Of a DNA stretch of 64,000 nt, positions 24,704-38,035 are shown one piece after another. A model generated the notes under the pieces. That model ran no database searches. It saw only the letters and a program-made list of their open reading frames with translations, and was not told the origin of the DNA. The stretch comes from Chiloscyllium plagiosum (taxonomy: Eukaryota), in contig NC_057719.1 of NCBI RefSeq assembly GCF_004010195.1, positions 42,307,820 through 42,371,819 of the forward strand, given 5' to 3'. Numbering within the stretch: position 1 is the first letter of the stretch; each line of letters begins with the position of its first letter. Made by a program: the position numbers and the translations under genes.

Positions 24704-25552
24704 GGGATCTTGATCTGCTGGGTCAATGGGCTTGAGGAGTGGCAGATGGAGTTTAATTTTCATAAAATGTGAGATATTTCATTTTGGTAAGACATAAGAA
24801 GGGCAGGGACTTACACAGTTAATAGTAGGGACCTGGAGGGTGTTGTAGAATAGTGAGACGCGGGGTTCAAGTACATAGTTCCTTGAAAGCGGTGTCATAG
24901 GTAGACAGGGTGATGAAGAAGGCATCTGGCACATCCTCCTCCATTGCTCAGATCATTGAATGCAGGTGTTAGGATGTCATATTGCTGCTGTTCAGAATGT
25001 TAGTGAGGCCACTTTTGGAATACTGTGTACAGTTCTGGTCACCCTGCTATAGAGAAGATATTATTAAATTGGAAAGGACGCAGAAAAGATTTACAAGAAT
25101 GCTACCAGGACTGGAGAGATTGAGTTATAGTGAGAGGCTGGATAGGCTGAGACTTTTTTCTCTGGAATGTAGAATGTTGAGGGGTCACGTTATAGAGGTT
25201 TATAAAATCATGAGGGGCATAGATAAGGTGAATAGCAAAGGTCTTTTTTCCCTAGGGTGGGGGAACGCAAAACCAGTGGGCACAATTTTAAGGTGATAGG
25301 AGAAAGATTTAAACAGAACCTGAGGGGCAACTTTTTCACACAAAGGGTAGTACACATGTGGAATGAACTGCTAGAGGACATGGTAAGTACAGATACAGTT
25401 ATATTATTTAAAGGGCATTAGGACAGGTACATGAATAGGAAAGGTTTCAAGGGACATGGGTCAAATGCAGACAAATGGGACTAGTTTAGTTTCAGAAAAT
25501 TGGTCGACATGGATGAGTTGGACTGACAGATCTGTTTCCATACTCTATGACC
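24704..25552 (+). mobile_element. CR1-type LINE 3' fragment
   Basis: LVRPLLEYCVQFWSP...RLDRLRLFSLE. Confidence 0.88.
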
Positions 25553-25569
25553 CGATAATACCTTTTGCA

Positions 25570-27670
25570 AGAGGGCAGAGTGTAAGGTATCTACTTTGCT
25601 GACAATAGAAAAATAGGTGGGAGGGCATACTTTGATGATGATAAAAGGAGTCTGCAAGGGGATATCGATAAAGTTAGTGGGCAAAAACCTGGCAGACGGA
25701 GTTTATGCAGGAAAGTGTAAGATCATGCATTTGGTAGGAAGTATCAAATGGCAGACTATTATTTAAATGGAAAGAGACTCCAAAAAGGTACAATGTAGAG
25801 GGATCTGTTTGTTCTTGTGCATGCAACACAAAATGGTAGCATGCAGGTGCAACAAGTAATTAGGAAGGCAAATGGAATTTTGGCCTTTACTCCGAGGAAG
25901 TTGAAGTTTAGAAATGGGAACTCTTGTGGGTGAGACTACACTTGGAGTGCCGTGTACATTTTTGTTCTCGATAAGGCACAGGAGGTTGTTCAAAATAGAT
26001 TTAATAGACTGAATCGTGTGATGAAAGGATTGACTTATCAAGAATGGCTAAACTACTTAGGCCTTTATTCATTAGAGAGTTTTAAGAAGATTTGTAGCTC
26101 AGGTTGAGTTTCTGGATGTAGGTTTGCTCACTGAGCTGGAAGATTCATGTTCAGATGTTTTGTCACCATACTAGGTAACATCTTCAGTGAGCCTCCGGAC
26201 GAAGCATTGCTGATGATTCCGGCTTTCTATTTATACGTTTGGGTTTCTTTGGGTTGGTGATGTCATTTTCTGTGGTGATATCATTTCATGTTATTTTTTT
26301 CAGGGGATGGTAAATCGGGACCAAGTCAATGTGTTTGTTGATAGAGTTCCAGCTGGAATGCCATGCTTCTAGGAATTCTTGTGTATGTCTTTGTTTGGCT
26401 TGTCCTAGGATGGATGTGTTGTCCCAGTCGAAGAGGTGTCCTTCTTTATTTGTACATAAGCATATTACTGAGAGAGGATCATGTCGCTTTGTGGCTAGTT
26501 GGTGATCATGTATCCTAGTGGCTAGTTTTCTGCCTGGTTGCCCAGTGTAGTGTTTGTTACAGTCCTTGCACGGTATTTTGTAAATGATATTAGTTTTGCT
26601 TGTTGTCTGGATAGGGTCTTTCAAGTTCACTAGCTGCTGTTTTAGTGTGTTGGTGGGTTTGTGGGGCATCATGATGCCAAGGGGTCTGAGTAGTTTCTAA
26701 TTATTCATTAGAGTTTGGAATAATTTGGTGTGATCTTAATGAAAACACACAAGGGAGCATGACGGTGTAGAAATTGAGTAGATGTATCCACTAGTTAGGG
26801 AATCTTAAACTGGGGAACACAGTTACAAAATAAAAGGGCATTCATTTAAAACTGATTTGTGAAATAATTTCTTCTCCAGAGGGTAGCAAGTATCTGGAAA
26901 TCTCTACCCCAGAGTTGTAGAGATTAAATCATTGCATGTACTCAAAGAGGAAGTAGTGAATTAGATTTTATTGTCATGTATACTCAAGTGCAGGAATACA
27001 AGAGTACAGTGAAAAGTGTACAGTCACTATTCCCGGTGCCATCTTAGATACACAGGTACCTAGTCTTAGATATAAAGTAGAAAATAAAGAAATAATGTTA
27101 GAAGTTCAACATTACAGTCCTTCTTAAAAGCTAAGCCATAGGCCTGGATCCAGGCTCTTCCACCCCAACTCAGAGACCAACACCAGCTGGAAATAGTCGG
27201 CCAGCCTTGAGTTCCTTCGCCAGATGTCACATTGCCATCTTGCCTCTACCAACATTGTCACTGCCACGATTCCACACAGGGCCAATCTCAACAATGCAGC
27301 TAGCTCTGAAGCTAACGTATTCTATACTGGGTACTAGGCCCAAACTTGCTTCCCTCTGCCAATGCCAGGAACAGACTCACAATTCCCACCCCACCGTCAC
27401 CACCAGATATACAACCTCGACTCCCTTGAAGCAACTGAGCTCTCCACAGAAGGTAAGTTTAAAAAAAATTGAAAGAAGAAAAAAAAAAGTAAAAGCGAAT
27501 GCTGCCACTTTGTTCCAGTAGGTAGACTTTTGAAATAACAGGGAGTTGATGGTTAGGCTGAGCTGGCACAAAAGAGGAGTTGAGGCCTAGAATGCATCAA
27601 TCATGATCTTATTGAATAGCAGGACAACCTTGATGGCCCAAATGGTCTACTTTTGCCCTTGTTTACATTC
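25570..27670 (+). mobile_element. Older CR1-type LINE interrupted by a PLE (26078-26700) and a second repeat (about 26960-27520)
   Basis: Degraded RT C-terminal sequence resumes after each insertion. Confidence 0.6.
26078..26700 (-). mobile_element. Penelope-like (Poseidon-type) 3' fragment with GIY-YIG and decayed HHR, inserted in a CR1
   Basis: NIIYKIPCKDCNKHYTGQPGRKLATRIHDH...LEAWHS; 13-bp TSD ttattcattagag at 26065-26077 and 26701-26713; HHR-like motif 26151-26190. Confidence 0.88.
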
Positions 27671-28554
27671 TTGATGTAAATAGTTGCTTTTGTAGTGTTC
27701 TTTAGCTATATCTTCTGCTCAAAGTGCTTTTGAACTGAGCTTTTAGGATCATTTAACTGAAAGTGCATCAGGAATCCTTTTAAGAGAAAGGCAGTGTGCT
27801 CACTGCTGTTGTACAAGTATGTGTAATCTTTAGCTTTGATTGTATTTGTAGCTTCAGCCTCGTTTTTTTCAGTACAACTCTCTTAGATAATCCTTTTTTG
27901 AATGAACTGAAAGAAAGTTAGCTCTGTCGTCTTAACGGTCAATGCCCTATCTACAAATCTGCACAGCATTCTGTACCGTCAGAAACAAATGCTACTGATT
28001 GTTACAATTCACTGATGCCCAAATCTGCTGTTCAGTTAATCTTCCAAATAGCTTCCACCAAAATATTGACACCTTCTTTATAGGTAGTGACCACCACTAA
28101 CCATTATGCAATTTTTGCCTCCAACATGGTTATATTATCAGATTGGACAATGTTTATATTATCTCTTGTAACAGAAGAAATCAGGTAAATGTATTGAGGC
28201 ATTGAAAAATCCAACAGAACATCTATTACACGTAGGTATTATATACATTGCATTATTCAGGCATATCAGCGTCTGGCACAACGTTAAGCTATTAAGTTAC
28301 ATGCTTCAAATGATCTGCTGTAAGATGGAGTGTGAGGTCTTTGTAGTCTCAGATGATATGCTGTGATACAGTTATGGTACATTCCTAAAAGCGTATTGAC
28401 ATATTAATCGTGAAACACAGCCTAAAAAGGTAAACTCTTTCTCCAAAGACCTGTCAATTCTTCCAACATATTTTCCTCTCCTATTTCACACCTGCAACAT
28501 CCACAAATATTTGACTCTTCTGGGAACATTCTGAAGAATTCTCTGATGATTCAA

Positions 28555-28718
28555 AGCAGTCCCGGGCGGCCCAATGTCAGAAGCAAGGAAGATCCCAGCC
28601 GGGAAAGGAGGAGGGTCCTATGGTCACGCGCTCAGCTGTAGGTGTGTGGGCGGATGCGCGGCCGCGGTGCTCGTGCGCGAGCAGTGCGCGCTCTGCTTGG
28701 TGTTGGTGAGAAGCAGCG
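28555..28718 (+). promoter_or_regulatory. CpG-rich promoter/5'UTR of the ADSS gene
   Basis: Local GC/CpG-rich island in AT-rich DNA immediately upstream of the ATG; GGGCGG at 28564 and 28648, CCAAT at 28571, E-box CAGCTG at 28633. Confidence 0.7.
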
Positions 28719-28892
28719 ATGAGCGAATCCAGCCGGCGGGGCAGTGACCATAGAAACTACAGCGGCTGCAAGCGGCCTCGGAACGGCGGCAATAAAGTGA
28801 CAGTGGCCCTCGGTGCGCAATGCGGAGATGAGGGCAAGGGTAAGGTGGTCGACCTCTTGGCCACTGATGCTGACATTGTCTGCAGGTGCCAG
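28719..28892 (+). CDS. ADSS1: Adenylosuccinate synthetase (ADSS1-type) exon 1
   Basis: ATG...[35 protein letters not shown]-loop GDEGKG; gtaag donor. Confidence 0.93.
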
Positions 28893-29156
28893 GTAAGGGC
28901 AGCTCCTGCAAAAGAAACTCTGGCACATGCTGCTATATTACATTGTGACAGATTCCATTTCCCAAACTTTGATTTTTAAGTTACAAACACGGGGGGAATG
29001 TAGCTTCTAGCTTCTATTTCATTTCGTTATTTCATACGTTAATTTGCAATTTATAGCTGCGGTATAGGAACCATTTCTGATTTTAACCTCATTGGTTGTG
29101 ACACCATTCCGTCTTGAGAGTAGGTCAGTCATCCAGTGCAGGGAATGAAAACTTGA

Positions 29157-29166
29157 CTAAAAATAG
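29157..29166 (+). promoter_or_regulatory. Candidate MEF2 site in ADSS1 intron 1
   Basis: CTAAAAATAG matches YTA(A/T)4TAR, about 265 nt after exon 1; motif match only. Confidence 0.35.
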
Positions 29167-30130
29167 ACGTGGATTTTGTTTAGTGTGAAAGTGGCCTCAG
29201 ATTCTATCAAGGTCGAGCGTCCCCTGACGCAATTGTAACTGATAGTTAAGAGAAGAGTTTTAGTAGGTTCTGAGAGACATGCACTCTTCCGCCAAAAATA
29301 TCAGCTTGAGGCCAGCATATTGTTTGTAATGTTGATAAAATCGTGTATGTTCAGTTGTTTAGGAGGGCGTAACTAAAGTGTATTTCGTTATGAGATTAAA
29401 AATATAAAGTTTAGACTGATCGAAAGACATGCAGCTGAAGGAAGCAATTTGCCCCAAACTAATTGACCAATACACATCATCCAACTGCCTCATGAAACTG
29501 TTGCTTAAGTGATTACAATAACTGTATCCTGTCTGAAAAAACATAGTTGAAATTTTGTAGGCTACTTGAAGAACTTGCTGAAGTCAGCCCTCGTTTACTT
29601 TTGAGTTTATTTGAACAGACAGTAGGACACTTTACATCAGAATGAATTTTTGTCACCACAAACCTTTAGCTGCTGAACTGATGGTATCACCATCTGTACT
29701 TTATTGTTACCAGCAATCGCTTGTTACTAGTACAAGCTTTTTCTTGTCAAGTATTGATATAGTATCAATGAGTGGGAGCTAATAAATCCACACCTGCCTT
29801 GAAGATTTTATAAAATCATCTTTCCTGTATTTCAATAAAGGAAATGTTTCTTTAAAAAGGGATGCTTTGACTGAACTACTTTACAATTAATTTTGTCAAA
29901 AGGTTGCCTATTGAGAATCCTTAACTATCCAACTCTTTGCAAGATTACACTCAATTATATTGAGCAACAAGTACTTTTTAAAAGTGTTCTTGTGTGAACA
30001 GTGCACTCAATATCAGTTTATCTGGTCATTTTAGCAGTGGATCCGATTGTCTGTTCTTCTGTTTTAGAACAGTATGAGAGCTACAATTTGAGAATCCCAG
30101 AATATACGTACAGCAAACAATACTTCAAGT

Positions 30131-30268
30131 GAAAACAAAAAGTGCTGGAAATCGCAGCAGACCAGGCAGCATCCATGGAAAGCAGCTAACATTTTGAGTA
30201 CAGATTACTCATCAGAACAGCATTTCTGTTTTCAGTACAGATTCCAGCAGCTGCAGTAATTTGTTCCT
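30131..30268. mobile_element. Family-4 PLE-terminus mini-element (related copies near 10060-10125, 34010-34140, 35160-35300, 54148-54270)
   Basis: Minus strand ctgatgagtaatctgtactcaaaatgttagc is a decayed HHR; imperfect TSD aaacaata(c/t)ttc at 30115 and 30269. Confidence 0.55.
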
Positions 30269-32042
30269 AAACAATATTTCTAAGTTAGCAGGCTGCAACT
30301 TTGATGTGGAATAGTGCAAGTTTCTAAGATGTAAAGAGCCTTTACTTCTTAGTGTGGTTATATTTTGACTTATTACGTGGGCTATATGGTTAACGGACCA
30401 AGGAAATGGGAAGTTCTGAATGAGAGAGCTCTGTAAGCATAAATGAAGATCAGACACTGCTGAAAGAAACAACTCCCAACTGGAATCACCATAGCAGCCA
30501 ACTGCTGATGTCATCAATGGCAAGTAAGTGCTAACCATCTTTCCTGAAAATCAGGCTTTCCACAAATGTAGATTATGGTTCACAAAAACAATTAGATACT
30601 GGATTAAAGAAAAGATTGGCAAGGAGAAGACCATAGAAATATAGATTCATTGATGAAGTAAACCTTTAAGGAATTTAAAATAGGAAAGACAGGTGGAAAG
30701 GAAAAGAGGTTTAGGGAGGGAATTCCAGAACTTGGACTCTGAACATTCTGTGTCATCAGTGGTGGAGTGAATAAAATCAGATTACTCGAGACCTCAATTA
30801 GATGAACACAAACATTTTAGGGCTGGCATGAAGGAGATGACAGGGTTTGGGAGCGGCAAGAAGTGATTTTAAAAGGAAGATGAAAATGTTAAAATCAAGG
30901 TTTTGTTTAACTGGGAGCCAGTGCAGGTGAACATGCACCTGGGGTAGATGAATAATCAGGACTTGATGCAATGTGTTACAGGCTAATAATTTAAAAATCT
31001 TAAGCAGCCTTGTCAGTTTTAGATATTCTCTTGGGTTGAAAGCAGTAGTATTTATAGGGAATTTTTACCATGGAGTGGATATGAATCACAACAATAGAGC
31101 ACTCAATGCAAAGAATATCATTACTGTAGCTGTACCCATTAACAACATGTGTAATGATGCACTTCAATAAGTGGTTCACATAATAGTTGTTACGTTGATA
31201 TTTATGTTGAATCTTGGGTGGTTTAACATGACAGAGATGCTTACATTCGAGCTGTCATTATTGTGGTTTTTAAAAGTCTCCAGTATTCACATTAAAAAGT
31301 GTTTTGTCAACTTTTTTTTCATTAGGAACAGTTCTGTTCAGAAAGCTCTTATTTTTGTGTTAAGTCTTCATGATCCTTTTTACATTAAACATTTCATTCT
31401 GCATTCATAAACATAATCAGTTTTTAAGAAAGAGATTCGCCTTTACTCTGAAAGAAGTATTGCTCATCAGCCAAAATCAATGACTTTCAAGTTGACAAGC
31501 TATTATACAGCCACTTGAAGAGACTGGTAATAATGCTGTCTAATGTTTTGTTCTTGACCAGCTGCTGCTTGATTTATTTGAAGGTATTTTCTTCCTGAAA
31601 GAACATACATCCTTTCTTGGTCTGGGCAATGTGTGACTCTATTTTGTTGTTGGCTTGAAGTTTATCTTCAAAGTGCCTTGACAGCAATTGAGTTTATCAA
31701 ACTTCTTTCAAGAAGAGGACTCCCTCTGCTACTTTCTCAGGGGAATTAAAGTTGCGCAATAAAATCCAAACAATTCAATGCCACTCACGATTGACCATGA
31801 AAGCAAATTTGTATTTACACCTTTCATCTGTATTATTACAGTCTTCCTATCCTGCATTTTATATATTGTGGCATCTTTAGGAGTATGACATAAAGAATAT
31901 AGGAGCAGGAGCAAGCCATTCAGTCCCTCAAGCCTGTTCTGCCATTTTAGATCAACCTCAATGTGATATTCCCATTCTATCCCCACATCCCTTGATGGCA
32001 ATAGTAGCTAGAAATCTTTTGATCTGTTGAAGTTAATAATGA

Positions 32043-32250
32043 GGTGGAGGTGCCGGTGTTGGACTGGGGTGGATAAAGTCAGAAGTCACATAATACCAAG
32101 TTATAGTCCAACAGGTTTATTTGAAATCACAAGCTTTTGGAGCGCTGCTCCTTTATCAGGTGAAACACACGTCATCTGATGAAGGAGCAGCACTCCAAAA
32201 GTTTGTGATTTCAAATAAACCTGTTGGACTAAAACCTGTATCATATGATT
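32043..32250. mobile_element. Family-2 palindromic mini-element with two decayed HHR cores
   Basis: 16-bp TSD ttgaa(g/a)ttaataatga at 32027-32042 and 32251-32266; ctgatgaaggagcagcactccaaaag on + and its inverted copy. Confidence 0.82.
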
Positions 32251-32524
32251 TTGAAATTAATAATGACTGGACTTCTATCGCTCTTTGGAATTCTCTATTC
32301 CAAAGATTCACTATTCTGTGAGTAAAAATGTCCTTCATTTCAGACCTATATGGCTTCCCTTTTATTCTGAGACTGTATGCCCTGGTTCTAGGCCCCACAG
32401 CTGAGAGATCTTTATTTTCTGCAACAATTGGCCTCAGCGTCTGAAAGTTGGATTTCTTCCCCCAGCATCTGTATGTAAGTATTTATTTATCTTTTTCCAA
32501 ATTATAACTGAACTATCTGTTCGT

Positions 32525-34230
32525 TCATAAGATAGAAGCAGGAATACATCATTCAGCTCCTCTTGCCTGCAATATCCTTCCACGACATAGCTAATCATCA
32601 ACAATGCCATTTTCCTGTGCTATCCCAATGTCCCCTGAAGTAATTAGTCTCCAAATATTTATCAATCTGAGACTTGAAAATACACAATGACAGTGTTTCC
32701 ACAGCACTCAGGGTTAGACTGTTCCAAAGATTTACTACCTATATGTAGAAATTCCTCCTAAATTTCTTCCCCTTATTCTAAGCCTATGTTCCTTTTTTCT
32801 AGATCATCTACTGGCAGAATCACCCTTTCTGCATCCAGCCCTTTAAGAATTCTTCAAGTTGCGATGAAATCACCTCTCATTCTTCTAAATTCCAGAGATG
32901 ATAAACTCTATCTTCTTAATCCTTTCTCATAGGATAATCCCACCATTCCATGAATTAGTCTGGTGAACCTCTGTTGCACTCTGGCAGTTTTTTCTTTCTT
33001 AGGTGAGGGGACCAAACTGCACGTAATTCACCAAAAGCGGTCTCTCCAAAGTTCTATACAGTTGAAGCAAGACATCTTTCCCTTTGTAATCCTCTAGCAA
33101 TAAATGCCAATATACCATTTGCCTTCATCATTGCTTGTTGCACCTGCATGTTAACTTTCCATGACTTATGAAGGACAAATGCATCTTCAACTCTTTCAAA
33201 TCTTTCATCATTTATGTAATGTCTTGTATAAGTATTCTCCCTACCAAAGTTGGTAACCTCACACTTATCCACATTATATTCCATCTGTCATGATCTTGCA
33301 CATTCACTCAGTTTATCCAAATTCCTTTGGAGCCTCTTTGCACCATCCGTATGTTCCCATTTGATCATAGAGTCATAGAAATGTACAACACGGAAACAGA
33401 CCCTTCGGTACAACTCGTCCATGCTGACCAGATATCCCAATCTAGTCCCACCTGCCAGCACCTGGCCCATATCCCTCCAAACCCTTCCTATTCATATACC
33501 CATCCAGACGCCTCTTAAATGTTACAATTGTACCAGCCCCCACCACTTCCTCTGGCAGCTCATTCTATACACGTACCACCCTCTGCATGAAAAAAATTAC
33601 CCCTTAGGCCTCTTTTATATCTTTCCCCTCTCATCCTAAACCTATGCCCTCTAGTTCTGGACTCCCTCACCCCAGGGATGATTATCTCATCCAAATCATT
33701 GGTATCAATTGTGAAAAGTTCAGGGCCAAGCACTGAACCGTGCTAGTCCTATCTGCCACCTTGAGAATGCCCCATTTATTCTTACTGTTTTTTCTTTTTA
33801 TTAACCAATCCCGCATCGGACCCTTTATCCTCTGTGCTCTATTTTTGTTTACGAACTTGTGTAGGATCTTATTGAATCCCATCTAAGATTCCAAATACAC
33901 AATATTCTCACTAATTCCCTGCTCTCCAATAATTGTTTGTGTGATTTGGTTTCCCTTTCATCAATCTAGGTTGACTGACCAACCTGATTTTTTTTTTAAA
34001 GTAAACTTGGTTGCTGAAGATCTGGAACAAAAACAGAAAATGCTGATCTAAAGAAGGTCACTGGACTCGAAACATTAACTCTACTTCCTCTCCACAGATG
34101 CTGCCAGACCTGCTGAGTTTCTCCAATAATTTTGATTATTATTTTCTAAGTGCCCAGTTATCACACCCTTCATATTAGATTCTAGTATGTTTCCTATTAC
34201 TAACGTAAGGCTGACAGTTCTGTAGTTCCC
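32525..34230 (-). mobile_element. Degraded CR1-type LINE with a nested younger CR1 3' end (about 33365-33680)
   Basis: MEYNVDKCEV.NFG...KANGILAFIARG; nested catagagtcatag tail. Confidence 0.7.
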
Positions 34231-35300
34231 TGTGGTCCTTATGTGAAAGTTCAGATCTTTGTATAGAAAACACTGCTATATTTCTGTTCGTCACGGCTGT
34301 CTATCCAGTCCAGTCTCCCTCGTGGAGTAGCTAAAGGTCAGACTGGATTCATCAGAAAGAACATGAGAAGGTCAGTTAAATGTCTGTTGTTGACAGTCAA
34401 ACAAGATCTGATGTTGTGCCACCAGTCACTTGGATGTTTCATTATTTTGTTGCATGTTGAAGGTGCTTTAAAAACTCATCCCGAAACCCATGCATGATTT
34501 GCTGTTAAGAAGTTTTTTAAAAAAAAATTTGCAGTACTGTTTGCAGATGTTTGAACCCGTTCTGTATTTCGAGTACAAATGTTAGAAAAGAATCAGATTG
34601 TGAAACAATAAAGCTTTACATTTAGGTTTATATTTCTGCACCAGACTACATTTTTGAAATAAATTAATAAGATGTACAGAAATGTAAATCAATTTCAGCA
34701 AATCTCACTTGGCATACTGTAAAGCTGAATATTTTTGGCACTACTTGATGTTGCTATATTTTAAAGATTGAAGTGCTGATGCTGGCTTCTTTAGCTGGCT
34801 GACTGGTTTGTCCTGCTCTATAGTGACCCCTCTAGAACTGTTGTTATGGGTCAAGTATATAAGACACAGATAAGCAGAAAGTACAGAATAGTGAATAGAG
34901 AAATCAGAGTTATTCAAGCACACATTTTTATCCATTATACCATAGAGCCTAGACTTTGTTAACAGAGACTTTATCTACAAACCTAACATTTATTACCTTC
35001 CAAACAATAGTCAAGCCACCTATTAATTGCGATGTACTGAAAACATTAAGTGGTAGTAGCAGAACGTGAAAGGGCTTATTTTCACCTCTCATTTATATGG
35101 TACTTTTCATGGTCACTAGGCATCACAAGATGCTTGACAGTCAATGCTATACTTTCGAAAGATCAAAAGCAGAAGTTGCTGGAAAAGCTTAGCAGGTCTG
35201 GCAGCATCCTCAGAAGGGAGGAAGGGTCACTGGACACAAAACGTTAACTCTGATGTCTCTTAACAGATGCTGCAAGACCTGCTGAAATTTTTCAGCAACT

Positions 35301-38035
35301 TAGAACGTAGAACAGTACAGCACATTATAGGTCCTTCAGCCCTCCATGTTATGCCGACATTTACCATACTCTAAGACCAAACTAACCTACAAAGCCTTTC
35401 ATTGTACTATCTTCCATGTGCCTATCCAAGAGTCGCTTAAATGTCCCTAATGTATCTGAGCTGAAAATGTGTTGCTGGAAAATGCGCAGCAGGTCAGGCA
35501 GCATCCAAGGAACAGGAGAATCGACGTTTCGGGCATAAGCCCTTCTTCAGGAATCATTCCTGAAGAAGGGCTTATGCCCGAAACGTCGATTCTCCTGTTC
35601 CTTGGATGCTGCCTGACCTGCGCTTTTCCAGCAACACATTTTCAGCTCTGATATCCAGCATCTGCAGCCCTCACTTTCTCCTAATGTATCTGACTCTAGT
35701 ACTACTGCTGGCAGTACATTCCACACACTTACCGCTCTGTGTAAGAAAAAAAAATTCTACCTCTGACATCTCCCCTAAACCTTCCAGCAATCGCCTTAAA
35801 ATTATGCCCCCTCATGATACACGCTTCCACCATTGGAAAAAGTCTGTGGCTATCCACTGTGTCTGTGCCTCTCATCATCTTGTATCAAGTCACCTCTCAT
35901 CCTTCTTCACTCCAGTGAGAAAAGTCCTAGCTCCCTCAACCTTTCTTCATAGTACATGCCTTCCAGTCCAAACTGAATCCCAGTAAAACTCCTCTCCACC
36001 CACTTTAGCTTCCACATCCTTCCTATAATGAAGCAACCAGAACTAAACACTATATTCCAAGTGTGCTGTATAGAACTGTAGCATAACCTTGCGGCTCTTA
36101 AACGCAATCCCCCTGCTAATGAAAGCCAACACGCCATACACTATCTTGACAACCCTAATCAACTTGGGTGGCAACTTTGAGGGATCTCCGGACATGGATC
36201 TCAAAATCCCTCTGTTCCTCCATACTGCCAGGAATCCTGCCTTTAACCCTGTAATCTGCATTCAAATTCAACCTTTCAAAGTGAATCACTTCACACTTCT
36301 CCAGGTTGAGTTCCTGCTTATCAGCACAGTTCTGCATCCTGTCAATGTCCCATTGCAACCTACAACAGCCTTTCCCACTATCTACCACTCCACCAATCTT
36401 AGTGTCATCGGCTCATTTACTAACCCATCCTTGCACTTCCTCATCCAAGTCATTTATAAAAATCACAAAGAGCAAAGGTCCCAGAACATATCCCTGGGGA
36501 ACACCACTGGTCACTAAGTTCCAGGCTTGAATACTTTCCATCTAACACCACCCTCTGTCTTCGATGGGCCATCCACTTCTGTATCTAGACAGCCAGATTT
36601 CTCTGTATCCCGTGCCTCCATACTTTCTGAATGAGCCTACCACAGGTAACCACATCAAGTGCCTTGCTAAAATCCAAGTACACCACATCCACTGCCCTAC
36701 CATCATCCATATGTTTTGTCATATCCTCAAAGAATTCTGTAAAGTTTGAGAGGCATGACCTGCCTCTTAAAGCCACGCTAACTATCTCTAATCAAACTAT
36801 GGTTTTCCAAGTAATCATAAATCTTGTCTCTCAAAATCCTCTCCAATACTTTATCCACCACAGACAAGAGACTGACTGGTCTGTAATTCCCAGGATTATA
36901 CCTATTCCCTTTCTTGAACAAGGGAATAACATTTGCCACCCTCCAATCATTTGGACTACTCCAGTGGACAGTGGCAAAGATCATTGCCAAAGGTGCAGCA
37001 ATCTCTTCCCTCATTTCCTATAATAACCTAGGGTATATCCTTTCTGTCCAAGGGAATTTATTTATGCTCGTGATTTTCAAAACTTTCAGCTCATCCTCCT
37101 TCTTGACATCAACCTGTATCATGCTGTCTTCGGAAACATCAAGGACCATCTCGGTAGTGAATACCGAAGGAAAGTATTCATTAAGGATCTCCCCAACTAC
37201 TCCAACTCCAGGCAGAGGTTCCTCCACTATCCCTGATTGGCGCTACCCTCACTTTGGCCATCCTCTAGTTCCTCACATAAGTGTAGAATGCCTTGGGGTT
37301 TTCCTTTATCCTACCTATTAAAGCTTTTCCTTGCCCCCTTCTAGCTCTCCTAAGTCCATTCTTCAGTTTCTTCCTGGCTACCTTGTAACCCTTTAGAGCC
37401 CTGTCTGATCTTTGCTTCCTCAACCTTAAGTAAGTTTCCTTCTTCGTCTTGATGAGATGTTCCTCAGCCTTTGTGTATTTCCCTGAGAACATCTGTTCCC
37501 AATTTAAGTGCCTCAGTTCTTGCCTAATAGCATTGTAATTCCTCCTCCCCCAATTAACTACTTTCCAATATCGTCTGCTCTTTTCCATGAGTATAGTAAA
37601 GGTCAGGGAGTTGTGATCGCTATTACCGAAATGCTCTCCCACTGAGAGATCAGACACCTGGCATGATTCACTAGCAAGCACCAAATCTAATATGGCCTCC
37701 CCACTAGTTGGCCTATCTACATATTGAATGAGGAATCCTTCTGGACATACCTGACAAAACCTATCCATCCAAACTATTTGAACTAGGAAGTTAAAGTCAC
37801 CCATGACAACACCCTGTTACTTTTGCACCTTTCCAAAATCTGCCTCCAATCTGCCCCTCCATGTTTCTGTTACAACTTAGGTGGGTCTGTAGAAAATGCC
37901 CAACAAAGTGACTGCACCTTTCCAGTTTGACTTCTACCCATACTGACTATGTAGACAAACTCCCTCAGTGACATCCCTTTCTGCAGCTGTGATACTATCC
38001 CTCATTAGCAATGCCACTACCCCATCTCTTTTACC
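35301..38035 (-). mobile_element. CR1-type LINE ORF2, frameshifted; host of the twin-HHR palindrome
   Basis: MGDFNF, ILDLVL, SDHN (endonuclease); GNYRPVSL, VVYLDFSKA (RT). Confidence 0.9.
35460..35680. mobile_element. Palindromic twin-hammerhead mini-element (family-1-related PLE terminus)
   Basis: Inverted repeat about 35458-35648 centred on 35555; TSD ctaatgtatctga at 35447-35459 and 35681-35693; HHR cores at 35523-35550 (-) and 35560-35587 (+). Confidence 0.88.

Noticed and set aside
28624..28928. Two ~100-aa antisense ORFs over ADSS exon 1
   Set aside because: By-product of GC-rich sequence opposite a real exon; no recognisable motif
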